From: Rathayibacter sp. VKM Ac-2760
GTDB lineage: Bacteria > Actinomycetota > Actinomycetes > Actinomycetales > Microbacteriaceae
Assembly: GCF_009834185.1 (NCBI RefSeq)
Contig: NZ_CP047173.1
Span: 1,391,725-1,455,724 of the forward strand
Reading direction: 5' to 3'
DNA: 64,000 nt
Positions 37,641 to 47,227 of this stretch are shown piece after piece. The notes under the pieces are model-generated. The model made no database searches and was not told the origin of the DNA. It saw only the letters and a program-made list of their open reading frames with translations. The translations under genes were made by a program, and so were the position numbers. Each line of letters opens with the position of its first letter. The first letter of the stretch is position 1.

Positions 37641-37661
37641 CGCCGAGGCGCCGGAGTCCGC

Positions 37662-39038
37662 TCAGGAGCGGTCCGCGTCCGAGCTCTCGGCCGCCGCGGT
37701 CTGCTCCGCGTGCTTCTTCTTGCCGAGGCGGGTCGCCAGGAAGAGCAGCGTGCCGACCACGACGTAGCCGGCGGTGCCCAGCCAGACCACGCCGGTCTGC
37801 TGGGTCAGCAGCACGGCGCTCGTGATGATCGCCAGCACCGGCACGACGCGCGGCACCGAGAAGTGCGGGTGGTCGACGCGGTCCTTCTTCAGCACCAGCA
37901 CCGAGACGTTCGCCGAGATGAAGACCAGGAGCAGCAGCAGCACGGTCGTCTCGGCGAGGGTTCCGACGTCGCCGACCAGGCTCAGCGCGGCGGTCGCGCC
38001 GCCGACCACGACGATCGACACCCACGGCGTGCGGCGGTTCGGCAGCACCCGGCCGAATGCGCTCGGCATCAGCCCCGACTTCGCCAGCCCGAAGCCGACC
38101 CGGCTCGCCATCACCATGAACAGCAGCGCGCCGTTCGCGATCGCGATCAGCGCGATCAGGCCGAACAGCCACGGCGGCACCGCCACTCCGCTCGCCGCGA
38201 CCACGTCGAGCAGCGGGCCCGTCGACTCCGCGAGCTCCTCGTTCGGCAGCACGATCACCGCGCCGAGGGCGATCAGCAGGTAGACGACGGCGGCGGTGAT
38301 CAGTGCGCCGAAGAGCGCCCGCGGGTAGACCTTCGACGGGTTCCGCACCTCCTCCGCCATGTTGGCCGCCGCCTCGAAGCCGAGGAAGGAGAAGAAGGCG
38401 ACGATGGACGCGGCGAACGCGCCCTGCAGCGGAGCGACGTCGGGCGCGAACTCGAAGATCCGGCCCGGGTCGCCGTTGCCGCCACCGAAGAAGATCGCTG
38501 CGCAGACGATCACGATCACCAGTCCGCTCACCTCGATCACCGACGCGACCAGGTTCGCGGTGAGCGACTCCTTCACTCCGCGCAGGTTGATCAGCGTGAG
38601 GACCGCGATGAAGACGACGGCCGTCGGTGCGGCCGGCACGTCGAGCAGCGCGCCGAGGTAGTCGCCGGCGAAGGCGTTGGCGAGCGAGGCCGCGGTCGTG
38701 ATCCCGGACGCCATCATCAGGAAGCCGACGAGGAACGACAGGTACGGCTTGCCGAACGCCCGGTCGGCGTAGCGGGCGGCGCCGCCGGCGTGCGGGTACT
38801 TGGTGATCAGCTCGGCGTAGGTGCCGGCCGTCAGCAGGGCGATGACGAGCGCGATGAGCAGCGGCAGCCAGATCACGCCGCCGACGTCGGTGGCCATCGT
38901 CCCGACCAGCGTGTAGATGCCGGCGCCAAGCGTGTCGCCGACGATGAAGGCGAAGAGGAGCGGGCCGGTGATGACCTTCTTCAGCGATCCTCCGCCCTTC
39001 GCGGGGGCGGCGGACTCGGCGTTCGTGGTGTCGGTCAT
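37662..39038 (-). CDS. APC-family amino acid permease
   Basis: 458 aa with 12 predicted TM segments and an APC signature. It is buried in a 1159-aa shadow ORF in the track. Confidence 0.85.
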   Translation of the reverse strand: MTDTTNAESAAPAKGGGSLKKVITGPLLFAFIVGDTLGAGIYTLVGTMATDVGGVIWLPLLIALVIALLTAGTYAELITKYPHAGGAARYADRAFGKPYLSFLVGFLMMASGITTAASLANAFAGDYLGALLDVPAAPTAVVFIAVLTLINLRGVKESLTANLVASVIEVSGLVIVIVCAAIFFGGGNGDPGRIFEFAPDVAPLQGAFAASIVAFFSFLGFEAAANMAEEVRNPSKVYPRALFGALITAAVVYLLIALGAVIVLPNEELAESTGPLLDVVAASGVAVPPWLFGLIALIAIANGALLFMVMASRVGFGLAKSGLMPSAFGRVLPNRRTPWVSIVVVGGATAALSLVGDVGTLAETTVLLLLLVFISANVSVLVLKKDRVDHPHFSVPRVVPVLAIITSAVLLTQQTGVVWLGTAGYVVVGTLLFLATRLGKKKHAEQTAAAESSDADRS

Positions 39039-39242
39039 CCGGCGATTCCAACGAGAACCGGCCCGGGGCGCAACCCCCGCCGCGAGATCGCTTCGGAATT
39101 TCTCACGATCGAAACACGCGAGGCGAGCGGCCGGGCCCAGGGCCGGGCGGAGGAGGCGGAGCGCCACCGACCCGCCCGTCCGCCCCGCCCCCGCCCCGGT
39201 GCGCCACCATGGGCGCACGCCCCGCGACGGATCGAGGACCCC

Positions 39243-40565
39243 GTGCACGACATCACCCCGCGCCCCGGCCTGCCCGAGCGCCTCGCGCGGCTGATCCGCC
39301 TGCGCACGGTGTCCGCCGAACTCGAGACCGTCGACGAGCCGCTCGCGCTGCTGCGCGAGCTCTACCCGCTGACGCACGAGCGCCTCGAGCTCGAGCGCAT
39401 CACCGACCGCGGACTCCTCTACCGCTGGCCGGGCCGCGACTCCGGGGCGGATCCGCTGGTCCTGATGGCGCACCTCGACGTGGTGCCGGTCGAGGACCCC
39501 GCCGCCTGGACGCACCCGCCGTTCGGCGGCGAGATCGTCGGCGGCGCGGTCTGGGGCCGCGGCGCGCTCGACGACAAGGGACCGCTCGTCGTCGTGCTCG
39601 AGGCCGTGGAGAACCTGCTGGCCGCCGGCGTCGTCCCCGCCCGCGACGTCCTGCTCGCCTTCGGCGGCGACGAGGAGGTGCGCGGATCCGCAGCGTGCGC
39701 CGTCGCCGCCACCCTGCGCGAGCGCGGGGTCGTGCCGTGGCTGGTGCTCGACGAGGGCAGCGCCGTCGTCGAGGCGCCGCTGCCCGGCGTCGTCGGCCCG
39801 GTCGCGATGATCGGCGTCGGCGAGAAGGGCCTGCTCACGCTGCGCCTGACCGCGCGCTCGGCCGGCGGCCACGCCTCCGCTCCGCCGCGCCTCACCGCCG
39901 TCGGCCGCCTGGCGCGCGGTCACCCGGCTCACCCCGTCGACCTTCCCCGCCTGGGTCCCGAGGCGCTCGCCCGCGCGCTGACGCTCCTCGCCGAGCGCGC
40001 GCCCGGGCGTCGCGGCACTCTCTACCGGCTGCTCGGGTCGCGCCCGCAGGTCGCCGCGCCCCTGCTCGCCGCGCTCGGCGGCGAGACCGCCGCGCTGGTG
40101 CGCACCACGATCGCCCCGACGATGCTGCGCGCCGGCACCGCCGACAACGTGCTCGCGGCGGAGGCGTCGGTCGTGCTGAACCTGCGCCTCGCGCCCGGCG
40201 AGACGGTGTCGAGCGCCACCGAGCGCGTCCGCCGCCGCGTCCGCGACCGCGAGCTGACCGTCGAGGTCGTCGCGGGGGAGGACCCGTCGCCGCAGTCGCC
40301 GAGCGACGGCGCTCCGTTCGCCGCCGTGCGGGCGGCGCTCGCCGTGTCGCACCCGGACGCCGCGGTCGTGCCCTACGTGATCAACGCGGCCACCGACTCC
40401 CGGCACCTGCACCGCTTCGCGCCCGCCGTCTACCGCTTCGCGCCGCTGCTGATGTCGAAGGAGCAGCGCGCCGGCATCCACGGGGTCGACGAGCGCGTCG
40501 ACGTCGCGGCGCTCGAGCGCGGCGAGGTCTTCCACCGCGCCCTGATCACGGGGCTCGGAGCCTGA
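39243..40565 (+). CDS. M20-family metallopeptidase
   Basis: HLDVVP metal-ligand motif and a GRGALDDKG motif. GTG start. Confidence 0.8.
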   Translation: MHDITPRPGLPERLARLIRLRTVSAELETVDEPLALLRELYPLTHERLELERITDRGLLYRWPGRDSGADPLVLMAHLDVVPVEDPAAWTHPPFGGEIVGGAVWGRGALDDKGPLVVVLEAVENLLAAGVVPARDVLLAFGGDEEVRGSAACAVAATLRERGVVPWLVLDEGSAVVEAPLPGVVGPVAMIGVGEKGLLTLRLTARSAGGHASAPPRLTAVGRLARGHPAHPVDLPRLGPEALARALTLLAERAPGRRGTLYRLLGSRPQVAAPLLAALGGETAALVRTTIAPTMLRAGTADNVLAAEASVVLNLRLAPGETVSSATERVRRRVRDRELTVEVVAGEDPSPQSPSDGAPFAAVRAALAVSHPDAAVVPYVINAATDSRHLHRFAPAVYRFAPLLMSKEQRAGIHGVDERVDVAALERGEVFHRALITGLGA

Positions 40566-40608
40566 CCCGCCGAAGGCCCCGCAGGCGCCGGGTGTAGGTT
40601 CGTCCGTC

Positions 40609-42045
40609 GTGGAGACGGTGCCGATGCAGACCCAGGATCGCGTGCGGACCCAGGACGGCCCGCACGTCCGGGACCGCGTGCTCGCCGACCTGCGCGCGCT
40701 GCTCGGCGACCGCGTGCTCACCGACCACGACGTCCTCGAGGCGTACCGCCACGACGACGCCGAGTGGGCGCCCTCCGGGCTGCCGCTCGCGGTCGTCGTC
40801 GCCGAGAGCGCGGAGGACGTGGCGCACGCCGTCCGCGTCGCCGCCCGCGAGGGCCTCAGCGTCGTCCCGCGCGGTGCCGGCACCGGCCTGTCCGGCGGCG
40901 CCAACGCCCTCACCGGCTGCCTCGTCGTCTCGCTCGAGCGGATGACCGCCGTCCTCGAGATCGACGCCGACGAGCGCTTCGTCGTCGCCCAGCCCGGCGT
41001 GATCAACGACGCACTGCGGGCGGCCGTCGCCGAGGTCGGGCTCTGGTACCCGCCGGACCCGGCCAGCTCCGCCATCTCGACGATCGGCGGCAACGCCGCG
41101 ACCAACGCCGGCGGCATCTGCTGCGTCAAGTACGGCGTCACCCGCGATTACGTGCTCGGGATGAAGGTCGTCCTCGCCGACGGCTCGCTGGTGAACCTCG
41201 GCCGCCGCACCGCGAAGGGCGTCGTCGGCTACGACCTCACCGGCCTGATGGTCGGCTCCGAGGGCACCCTCGGCATCATCGTCGAGCTCACCCTCCGCCT
41301 GCTCCCGCTCGCCGGCCGCGAGCAGCGCGCCGTCGTCGGCTCCTTCGCCTCGCTCGAGGCCGCCGGAGTCGCGGTCGCCGCGATCTCGGCCGCCGGCATC
41401 ATCCCGTCCGCGCTCGAGATCATCGACAGCACCTGCCTGCGCGCCGTCGACGACTGGCAGCACCTCGGCCTGCCGCACGGCGTCGACACGCTGCTGCTGG
41501 CGAAGGTCGACGAGCCGGGCGAGGCGGGCCGCGCCGCCGCGGACCGTGTCGAGGCGCTGATGGCCGGCGCCCGCGCCCTCTCCGTCGAGCAGGCCACCGA
41601 CCAGGACGAGGTCGACCGGCTCTTCCTCGCCCGCCGCCTCGCCTACCCGGCGCTCGAGCGCCTCGGCCCGGTGCTGACCGAGGACGTCTGCGTGCCGCGC
41701 GGCGCGGTCCCAGAGATGCTCGCCCGCATCCGCTCCGCCGCAGAGGACCACGACGTGGTGATCGCGACCATCGCGCACGCCGGCGACGGCAACCTGCACC
41801 CGTTGATCATCGCGCCCGAGGGCGACGACGCCGCGAAGGACCGCGCGAAGAGCGCCTTCGACCGCATCGTCGCCGACTGCCTGGCGCTCGGCGGCACCGT
41901 CACCGGCGAGCACGGCGTGGGCCTGCTCAAGCTGCCTGGCGCGGCCGACGAGCTCGGGCCGCGCGTGCTCGCAATGCACCGCTCGATCAAGGACGCGCTC
42001 GACCCGCTCGGCGTGCTCAACCCGGGCAAGGCGTTCCCTGGCTGA
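40609..42045 (+). CDS. FAD-linked oxidase (GlcD / D-lactate dehydrogenase-like)
   Basis: FAD-binding PCMH domain (VVPRGAGTGLSGGA) and a C-terminal oxidase domain. Confidence 0.85.
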   Translation: METVPMQTQDRVRTQDGPHVRDRVLADLRALLGDRVLTDHDVLEAYRHDDAEWAPSGLPLAVVVAESAEDVAHAVRVAAREGLSVVPRGAGTGLSGGANALTGCLVVSLERMTAVLEIDADERFVVAQPGVINDALRAAVAEVGLWYPPDPASSAISTIGGNAATNAGGICCVKYGVTRDYVLGMKVVLADGSLVNLGRRTAKGVVGYDLTGLMVGSEGTLGIIVELTLRLLPLAGREQRAVVGSFASLEAAGVAVAAISAAGIIPSALEIIDSTCLRAVDDWQHLGLPHGVDTLLLAKVDEPGEAGRAAADRVEALMAGARALSVEQATDQDEVDRLFLARRLAYPALERLGPVLTEDVCVPRGAVPEMLARIRSAAEDHDVVIATIAHAGDGNLHPLIIAPEGDDAAKDRAKSAFDRIVADCLALGGTVTGEHGVGLLKLPGAADELGPRVLAMHRSIKDALDPLGVLNPGKAFPG

Positions 42046-42058
42046 CGCGCCGCCCGCC

Positions 42059-42871
42059 TCAGCGCGCCAGGAACTCCAGCAGGGCCTCGGTGAACACCTT
42101 CGGCTGCTCGATGTTCGCCGCGTGCCCGTCCTTCTCGATCACGAGCGAGTCGCCGTGCGGAGCGAGTGCTGCCGCCGCCGCCGCGTGCTCGGCCGGCCAG
42201 AACTCGCTCTCGCGCCCGGCGACGAAGAGCACCGGCACGCCCGTCCGCGCGATCACCGGCCGCCAGTCCGCCGCCGCGTGGTCGTTCAGGAGCCGCCGCT
42301 CGGTCTCGGTCAGCTCGCGCCGCTCGCCACCGCCGAGCGCCTTCAGCAGCCGAGCGATGCGCACCGGCCCCTTCGACGCGACGCTCCACCGGCCCGGATC
42401 GGGGATCGTCGTCGCGAAGAGGGTGTCGCGATTCGCCTCGGTGTAGTCGTAGAAGCCGTAGGGCCAGTCCTCGCCGTTCAGCATCCGCGGCGTCTGGTCG
42501 ACGATCACGATGCGCTCGACCCGGCTCGCCGCCTCCACGCCCGCCCCCGCGAGGAACGCCCAGATCGAGTTGCCGCCCATCGAGCCGCCGACCAGCGCGG
42601 CACCGCGCAGATCCAGGTGCTCGAGCAGCTGCGCGAGATCCGCCCCGTGCCGCAGCATCGTCGCGCCGGCCTCCGTCCGCTCGGACAGCCCGTGCCCGCG
42701 CCGGTCGAACGAGACCACCCGGTAGCCCGCCTCGGCGAGCGGCCCCTGCTGCGGCTTCCAGCTCGTCGCCGGCGCCTTGAACCCCGCGATCAGCACCACC
42801 GGGCGCCCCGCGGGGTCGCCCTGCTCGGTCCAGCTCAGCCGGACCCCGTCGTCCGTGGTGAAGTCCGGCAT
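42059..42871 (-). CDS. alpha/beta hydrolase
   Basis: Nucleophile elbow GGSMGG, with HG upstream. Confidence 0.8.
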   Translation of the reverse strand: MPDFTTDDGVRLSWTEQGDPAGRPVVLIAGFKAPATSWKPQQGPLAEAGYRVVSFDRRGHGLSERTEAGATMLRHGADLAQLLEHLDLRGAALVGGSMGGNSIWAFLAGAGVEAASRVERIVIVDQTPRMLNGEDWPYGFYDYTEANRDTLFATTIPDPGRWSVASKGPVRIARLLKALGGGERRELTETERRLLNDHAAADWRPVIARTGVPVLFVAGRESEFWPAEHAAAAAALAPHGDSLVIEKDGHAANIEQPKVFTEALLEFLAR

Positions 42872-42972
42872 CGTCGCCCCTCGTCGCAGTCGTCGCGGTC
42901 GGCTCCGGCCGCTCCCCGCCACGCTAGTGCGACGGGAGGCGCGAGTCGCTGCAGAGGAGGGGGCTGTGGCGA

Positions 42973-43368
42973 TCAGGCTTCCTCGAGCACGCTCCGCACC
43001 GCGTCGTTGGCCTCGCGCCACTCGTCCGGGTCGGCCTCCTCCCAGAGCTCCGTGAGCTCGCTCCCGGGCGAGTCGGAGGCGGCCAGCGCGGCGAGGGCGA
43101 GCGCCACGAGCTCGTCGTCGGGTCGCCCGGCCCGCTGCACGAAGTGCGCGATCGTGTCGGCGTGCGGACCGCCCTCGCGGCCGAGCCCGCGCGCGACCAC
43201 CTCGGCGGCCGCGATCGCGCAGGTCGCCGCATCGGCGTCCACCCCTCTCGGCGCGACGGCGGTCTCCAGCGCCTCGCGGACGTACTGCCAGTCGCCGGCC
43301 TCGTCGAGCTCGTAGACCCAGTCGCTCGCCGTGTCGTTGCCGAACGGCTCTCCACTCCATGCACCCAT
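42973..43368 (-). CDS. hypothetical protein (DUF4259-like)
   Basis: 131-aa acidic protein with good codon bias. Confidence 0.55.
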   Translation of the reverse strand: MGAWSGEPFGNDTASDWVYELDEAGDWQYVREALETAVAPRGVDADAATCAIAAAEVVARGLGREGGPHADTIAHFVQRAGRPDDELVALALAALAASDSPGSELTELWEEADPDEWREANDAVRSVLEEA

Positions 43369-43494
43369 GGCCCGACGCTACGCCGACCCGCGCGCGGCCG
43401 CACCGCCGATGCACCGATCGATCCGTCGGAGAAGCACGTGCCGGAGCACGCGGGAGATCCGTCCGTGACGGATCGATCCGAGCGGAGGAGCGCC

Positions 43495-43935
43495 TCAGGC
43501 CAAGCGCTCGCTGAGTGCGACGATGACGCCCTCCGGTCCGCGGACGTACGCCATGCGCCAGGCCCCCTCGTACTCGTCGACACCGCCGACCAGTCCGTAC
43601 CCGTCGGCCGCGAGCCGCTCGAGGACGGCGGCGAGGTCGTCGACGACGAAGGCGAGGCTCCGAAGCCCCGGCTCGTCCGCATCGACGGGGGCGGGGACGG
43701 GCCGCGGCGCCGGCCGGACGAACCGTGAGAGCTCGACGGCGGTCCCGCCGCCGGGCGGACGCAGCATCACGATGTCGGTGCGGGCGTCCTGCATGCCGAC
43801 CACCGTGTCGAGGAACTCGCCCTCCACGGGCGCCCGTCCCTCGAGCACGAGACCCAGCCCGACGAAGAACGCGGTCGCCGCCTCGAGGTCGTGGACCGTC
43901 ACTCCGATGTGGTCGAACCCGGTGATCCCGGCCAT
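43495..43935 (-). CDS. VOC (glyoxalase/bleomycin-resistance) family protein
   Basis: HIGVTVHDLEAATAFF N-terminus typical of the VOC fold. Confidence 0.8.
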   Translation of the reverse strand: MAGITGFDHIGVTVHDLEAATAFFVGLGLVLEGRAPVEGEFLDTVVGMQDARTDIVMLRPPGGGTAVELSRFVRPAPRPVPAPVDADEPGLRSLAFVVDDLAAVLERLAADGYGLVGGVDEYEGAWRMAYVRGPEGVIVALSERLA

Positions 43936-44172
43936 GCGCGTCTCCTCGTGTCGGCCCCAGTCAGGCAGGACCGCGCTGCCGCGTCAAGGCGCACTCCCAC
44001 CCCGTCTCCGCGGGGTGCAGCCGCCCGGCCGGGCCGGCCGAGCCGCTCCGTCGAGCCGCTCCGCCGAGTTCCTGCACCGTTCACCCACGGGAGCCCGCCG
44101 TGCGTACCGCGGCGCGCGAGCACTGGGTAGGCTGTACTGCTTCGTCGTGAGTGGAGCGGTCGCGGAGGAACG

Positions 44173-46014
44173 ATGGGCAAGAAGCGCAATCAGGGACGAT
44201 CCGGAGGCGGGCGCTCCGGCGGATCGGGCGGTCAGGGCGGCGGCCGCACGGCCGAGACCGCGCTGATGGTGCGGTTCCGCAGCTGGTACCGCTCCCACCT
44301 GGCCGACGTCGCCGTGATGCACGAGCACCTCGACGTCGACGAGGCCGTCGAGGTCCTCACCGATCTCTTCGCCATGACCCGCGACCTCCGCCCGCGCGGC
44401 TCGTTCGCCCAGCCCGACGCAGAGCTGCTCGAGGCCGTCTTCGACCAGATCGAGGCCGACCTCTCCGGTGAGGAGAGCGAGGCCGACCTCGACGACACCC
44501 TCTTCACCGTCGCCGAGGTGGTCGAGCACTTCCTCGACTTCCTCACCGACGAGGACCTCTGGACCGGCACCGACGAGGAGCTCGACGAGTGCCAGGCCGT
44601 GCTCGACGAGGTCCTCGACCTCGCCGGCTCCTTCGTCGAGGCCGTCCTCGACGACCTGCTCGAGGTCGACGAGGTCCCGGACGCCGAGATGCTCACCGCC
44701 GCCCGCGCCACCGCGCTCGTGCACGCCGCCGACGTCGTGGTCGAGCACCTCGCCGCGACCGCCGACGCGACGATCACTGAGCGCGCCGCCCGCGAGATCG
44801 TGGTCGAGGCGGGCATCTCCTCCGCCGGCTCGACCCCGAGCGACGACGCCGTCCGCATCCCCGTCTCGGCCTGGTGGGACGCGCTGGTCGCCTCCGACGT
44901 GCTCGAGACCGACGGCTCGACCGCGGGCCTCGGCGACGCCGCCCGGCCCTGGCGCAGCTCCGACGCTCGCGAGGCGACGGTCGAGCGCATCGCCTACATC
45001 GCCCGCTTCGTCGAGCAGTGGCTCGCCAGCTCGCAGGAGGCGCTCGCCGCCGCCGACACCGAGAACGGCGCCTTCTCGCCGCGCGAGCGCGCGATCACGA
45101 CGACCGACGCCGTCCTGGTGCGGATGGCCGTCGCCTGCCAGGCGCAGATCCACGAGGGCCTCGTCGTCGGCGAGCTGGTCGACGAGCTCGCCGCCGACCT
45201 CGACGTCTCGCTCGAGGAGGCGCTCGACGAGCGCGAGCGGATGGTCGGCTCGGCCGAGCGGATGCTCGACGACGCCGCCGAGCTCGGCCTGCTGCTGCAC
45301 TCGCCCGAGTTCGGCTACGTGCTGCCCGAGGGCCTGCAGCCCGTCCTCGCCTCGGTGGTCCGAGCGAGCATCGTGCTGCTCGGCGCCCGCGACGCGACCC
45401 GCCTCGAGATCCTCGACGAGGCGACGGAGGACACCGACGCCTCCTACGCCCTGCACGTCTCGCTCCTCGGCACCAAGCCGGTCGTCTGGCGCCGGCTCGA
45501 GCTGTCCTCGGAGTCGTCGCTGCGCGATCTGCACCTCGCGCTGCAGCTCTCGCTCGGCTGGACCGACGCGCAGCCGCACTACTTCAGCGTCGGCGTGCCC
45601 GACGAGGAGCGCGCGCCGATCGGCTCGCCGGCCGATGCCGAGGAGCTCGGCGCCGACCTGGTCGACGAGGGCGGCGTCGCGCTCGCCGAAGTGCTCGAGA
45701 GCGTCGACGACGAGCTGTTCTACGTCTACGACCTCGAGGACGAGTGGCGCCACGTCATCCGCCTCGAGTCGGTCTCGCCGCTGCGGGCCGCGCTGCCGCG
45801 CTGCACGGGGGCCCGGGGCGCCGCTCCGCTCGACGCCCCCGGTGGTCCGGCCGCGTGGGCCGACACGGTCCGAGCCGCGACCGATCCGGCCTCGGCCGAT
45901 CACGCGGAGGCGCTGGACGCCCTCGGCCTCGCCGCCGGGGCGACCTTCGACCCGGCGAGCGTCGACGTCGACGGCATCAACCGATCGCTCGGCCTGCTGC
46001 GCGCGGCGGTCTGA
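44173..46014 (+). CDS. hypothetical protein with a C-terminal plasmid pRiA4b ORF-3-like domain
   Basis: C-terminal YALHVSLLGTKPVVWRRLEL...LFYVYDLEDEWRHVIRLE matches the PRiA4_ORF3 domain. The N-terminal about 350 aa are highly acidic after a Gly/Arg-rich head. Confidence 0.75.
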   Translation: MGKKRNQGRSGGGRSGGSGGQGGGRTAETALMVRFRSWYRSHLADVAVMHEHLDVDEAVEVLTDLFAMTRDLRPRGSFAQPDAELLEAVFDQIEADLSGEESEADLDDTLFTVAEVVEHFLDFLTDEDLWTGTDEELDECQAVLDEVLDLAGSFVEAVLDDLLEVDEVPDAEMLTAARATALVHAADVVVEHLAATADATITERAAREIVVEAGISSAGSTPSDDAVRIPVSAWWDALVASDVLETDGSTAGLGDAARPWRSSDAREATVERIAYIARFVEQWLASSQEALAAADTENGAFSPRERAITTTDAVLVRMAVACQAQIHEGLVVGELVDELAADLDVSLEEALDERERMVGSAERMLDDAAELGLLLHSPEFGYVLPEGLQPVLASVVRASIVLLGARDATRLEILDEATEDTDASYALHVSLLGTKPVVWRRLELSSESSLRDLHLALQLSLGWTDAQPHYFSVGVPDEERAPIGSPADAEELGADLVDEGGVALAEVLESVDDELFYVYDLEDEWRHVIRLESVSPLRAALPRCTGARGAAPLDAPGGPAAWADTVRAATDPASADHAEALDALGLAAGATFDPASVDVDGINRSLGLLRAAV

Positions 46015-46025
46015 GCTCGTCGCCG

Positions 46026-46096
46026 ACAGAACATCAGCCGGGAGCGGACCTCCTCCACCATCGTGGACGAGGTCGCTTCTCAGCTGATCTTGTGAA
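46026..46096. repeat. palindromic element, family 2 copy D (minus-strand orientation)
   Basis: Minus strand reads CACAAGATCAGCTGAGAAG...CCACGATGGTGGAGGAGGTC...CGGCTGATGTTCTG. It lies between convergent gene ends. Confidence 0.8.
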
Positions 46097-46120
46097 GCCG
46101 TCCGCCCCTGCCGGCCGTCC

Positions 46121-47095
46121 TCACGGCGTGAGCAGCAGCTTGCCGATGTGCCCGGAGGAGCGCATCCGCTCGTGCGCCCGCTCCGCCTCGGCCAGCGGGA
46201 TCACCTCGTCGACCACCGGCCGCACCGTCCCGCCCGCGACCAGCGGCCACACCTTCTCGCGCACCGCGGCGACGATCGCACGCCGCTCCTCCAGTGGGCG
46301 GGCGCGGAGTGTCGTCGCGTGCACCGACGCGCGCTTGCGCATCAGCGTCCCGATGTCGAGCGCGCCCTCCGCGCCGGACTGGTTGCCGATGAACACGACG
46401 CGACCGCCGAGCGCGAGCGCCTCGATGTCCCGGGCGAGGTAGTCGCCGCCGACCGGATCGAGGATCACGTCGACCCCGCCGTCGGTCTCGGCGGCGATGC
46501 GCTCCACGAAGTCCTGCTCGCGGTAGTCGATCAGGATGTCCGCGCCGAGCGCCCGGCAGGCGTCGAGCTTGCGCGGACTGCCGGCCGTGACGGCGACGCG
46601 CGCCCCGATCGCCGACGCGATCTGGATCCCCGTCGTGCCGATCCCGCTGCCGCCGCCGTGGATCAGCACCGTCTCGCCGGCGCGGAGCCCCGCCACCAGC
46701 ACCAGGTTCGACCAGACGGTCGCGGTCGTCTCGGGCAGCGCGGCCGCCGAGATCAGCCCGACACCGTCGGGGACGGGCAGCAGCAGGCCCGCGTCGACGA
46801 CGACGTGCTCGGCGTAGCCGCCGCCCGAGAGCAGCGCGCAGACCTCCTCGCCCTCCGCCACCGCGGTCACGCCCTCGCCGAGGCCGACGACCGTGCCCGA
46901 GACCTCCATGCCGAGGATCTCCGAGGCCCCGGCGGGCGGCGGATAGACGCCGGCGCGCTGCCCGAGGTCGGCCCGGTTGACGCCGGCGGCGGCCACGCGC
47001 AGCAGCACCTCGCCGGGGCCGGGAGACGGGGTCGGCACCTCCTCGAGCACGAGGCGGGAGTCGGGGCCGGGGTTCTCGACGCGGATCGCAAGCAT
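46121..47095 (-). CDS. NADPH:quinone oxidoreductase (zinc-type ADH superfamily)
   Basis: MDR fold and a GGGSGIGT cofactor motif. Confidence 0.85.
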   Translation of the reverse strand: MLAIRVENPGPDSRLVLEEVPTPSPGPGEVLLRVAAAGVNRADLGQRAGVYPPPAGASEILGMEVSGTVVGLGEGVTAVAEGEEVCALLSGGGYAEHVVVDAGLLLPVPDGVGLISAAALPETTATVWSNLVLVAGLRAGETVLIHGGGSGIGTTGIQIASAIGARVAVTAGSPRKLDACRALGADILIDYREQDFVERIAAETDGGVDVILDPVGGDYLARDIEALALGGRVVFIGNQSGAEGALDIGTLMRKRASVHATTLRARPLEERRAIVAAVREKVWPLVAGGTVRPVVDEVIPLAEAERAHERMRSSGHIGKLLLTP

Positions 47096-47227
47096 GCCGC
47101 GATGCTACGCCGCGCGCGTCCGGCGGCCCTCCGTTCGATCTGCAGGCGGTCCGGGCCGTCGCGCGACCGGACGCACGGCGGAGGGCCCTTTCCCGGCGGG
47201 ATCGCCTGCAGATCGGACGGCGGCCGC

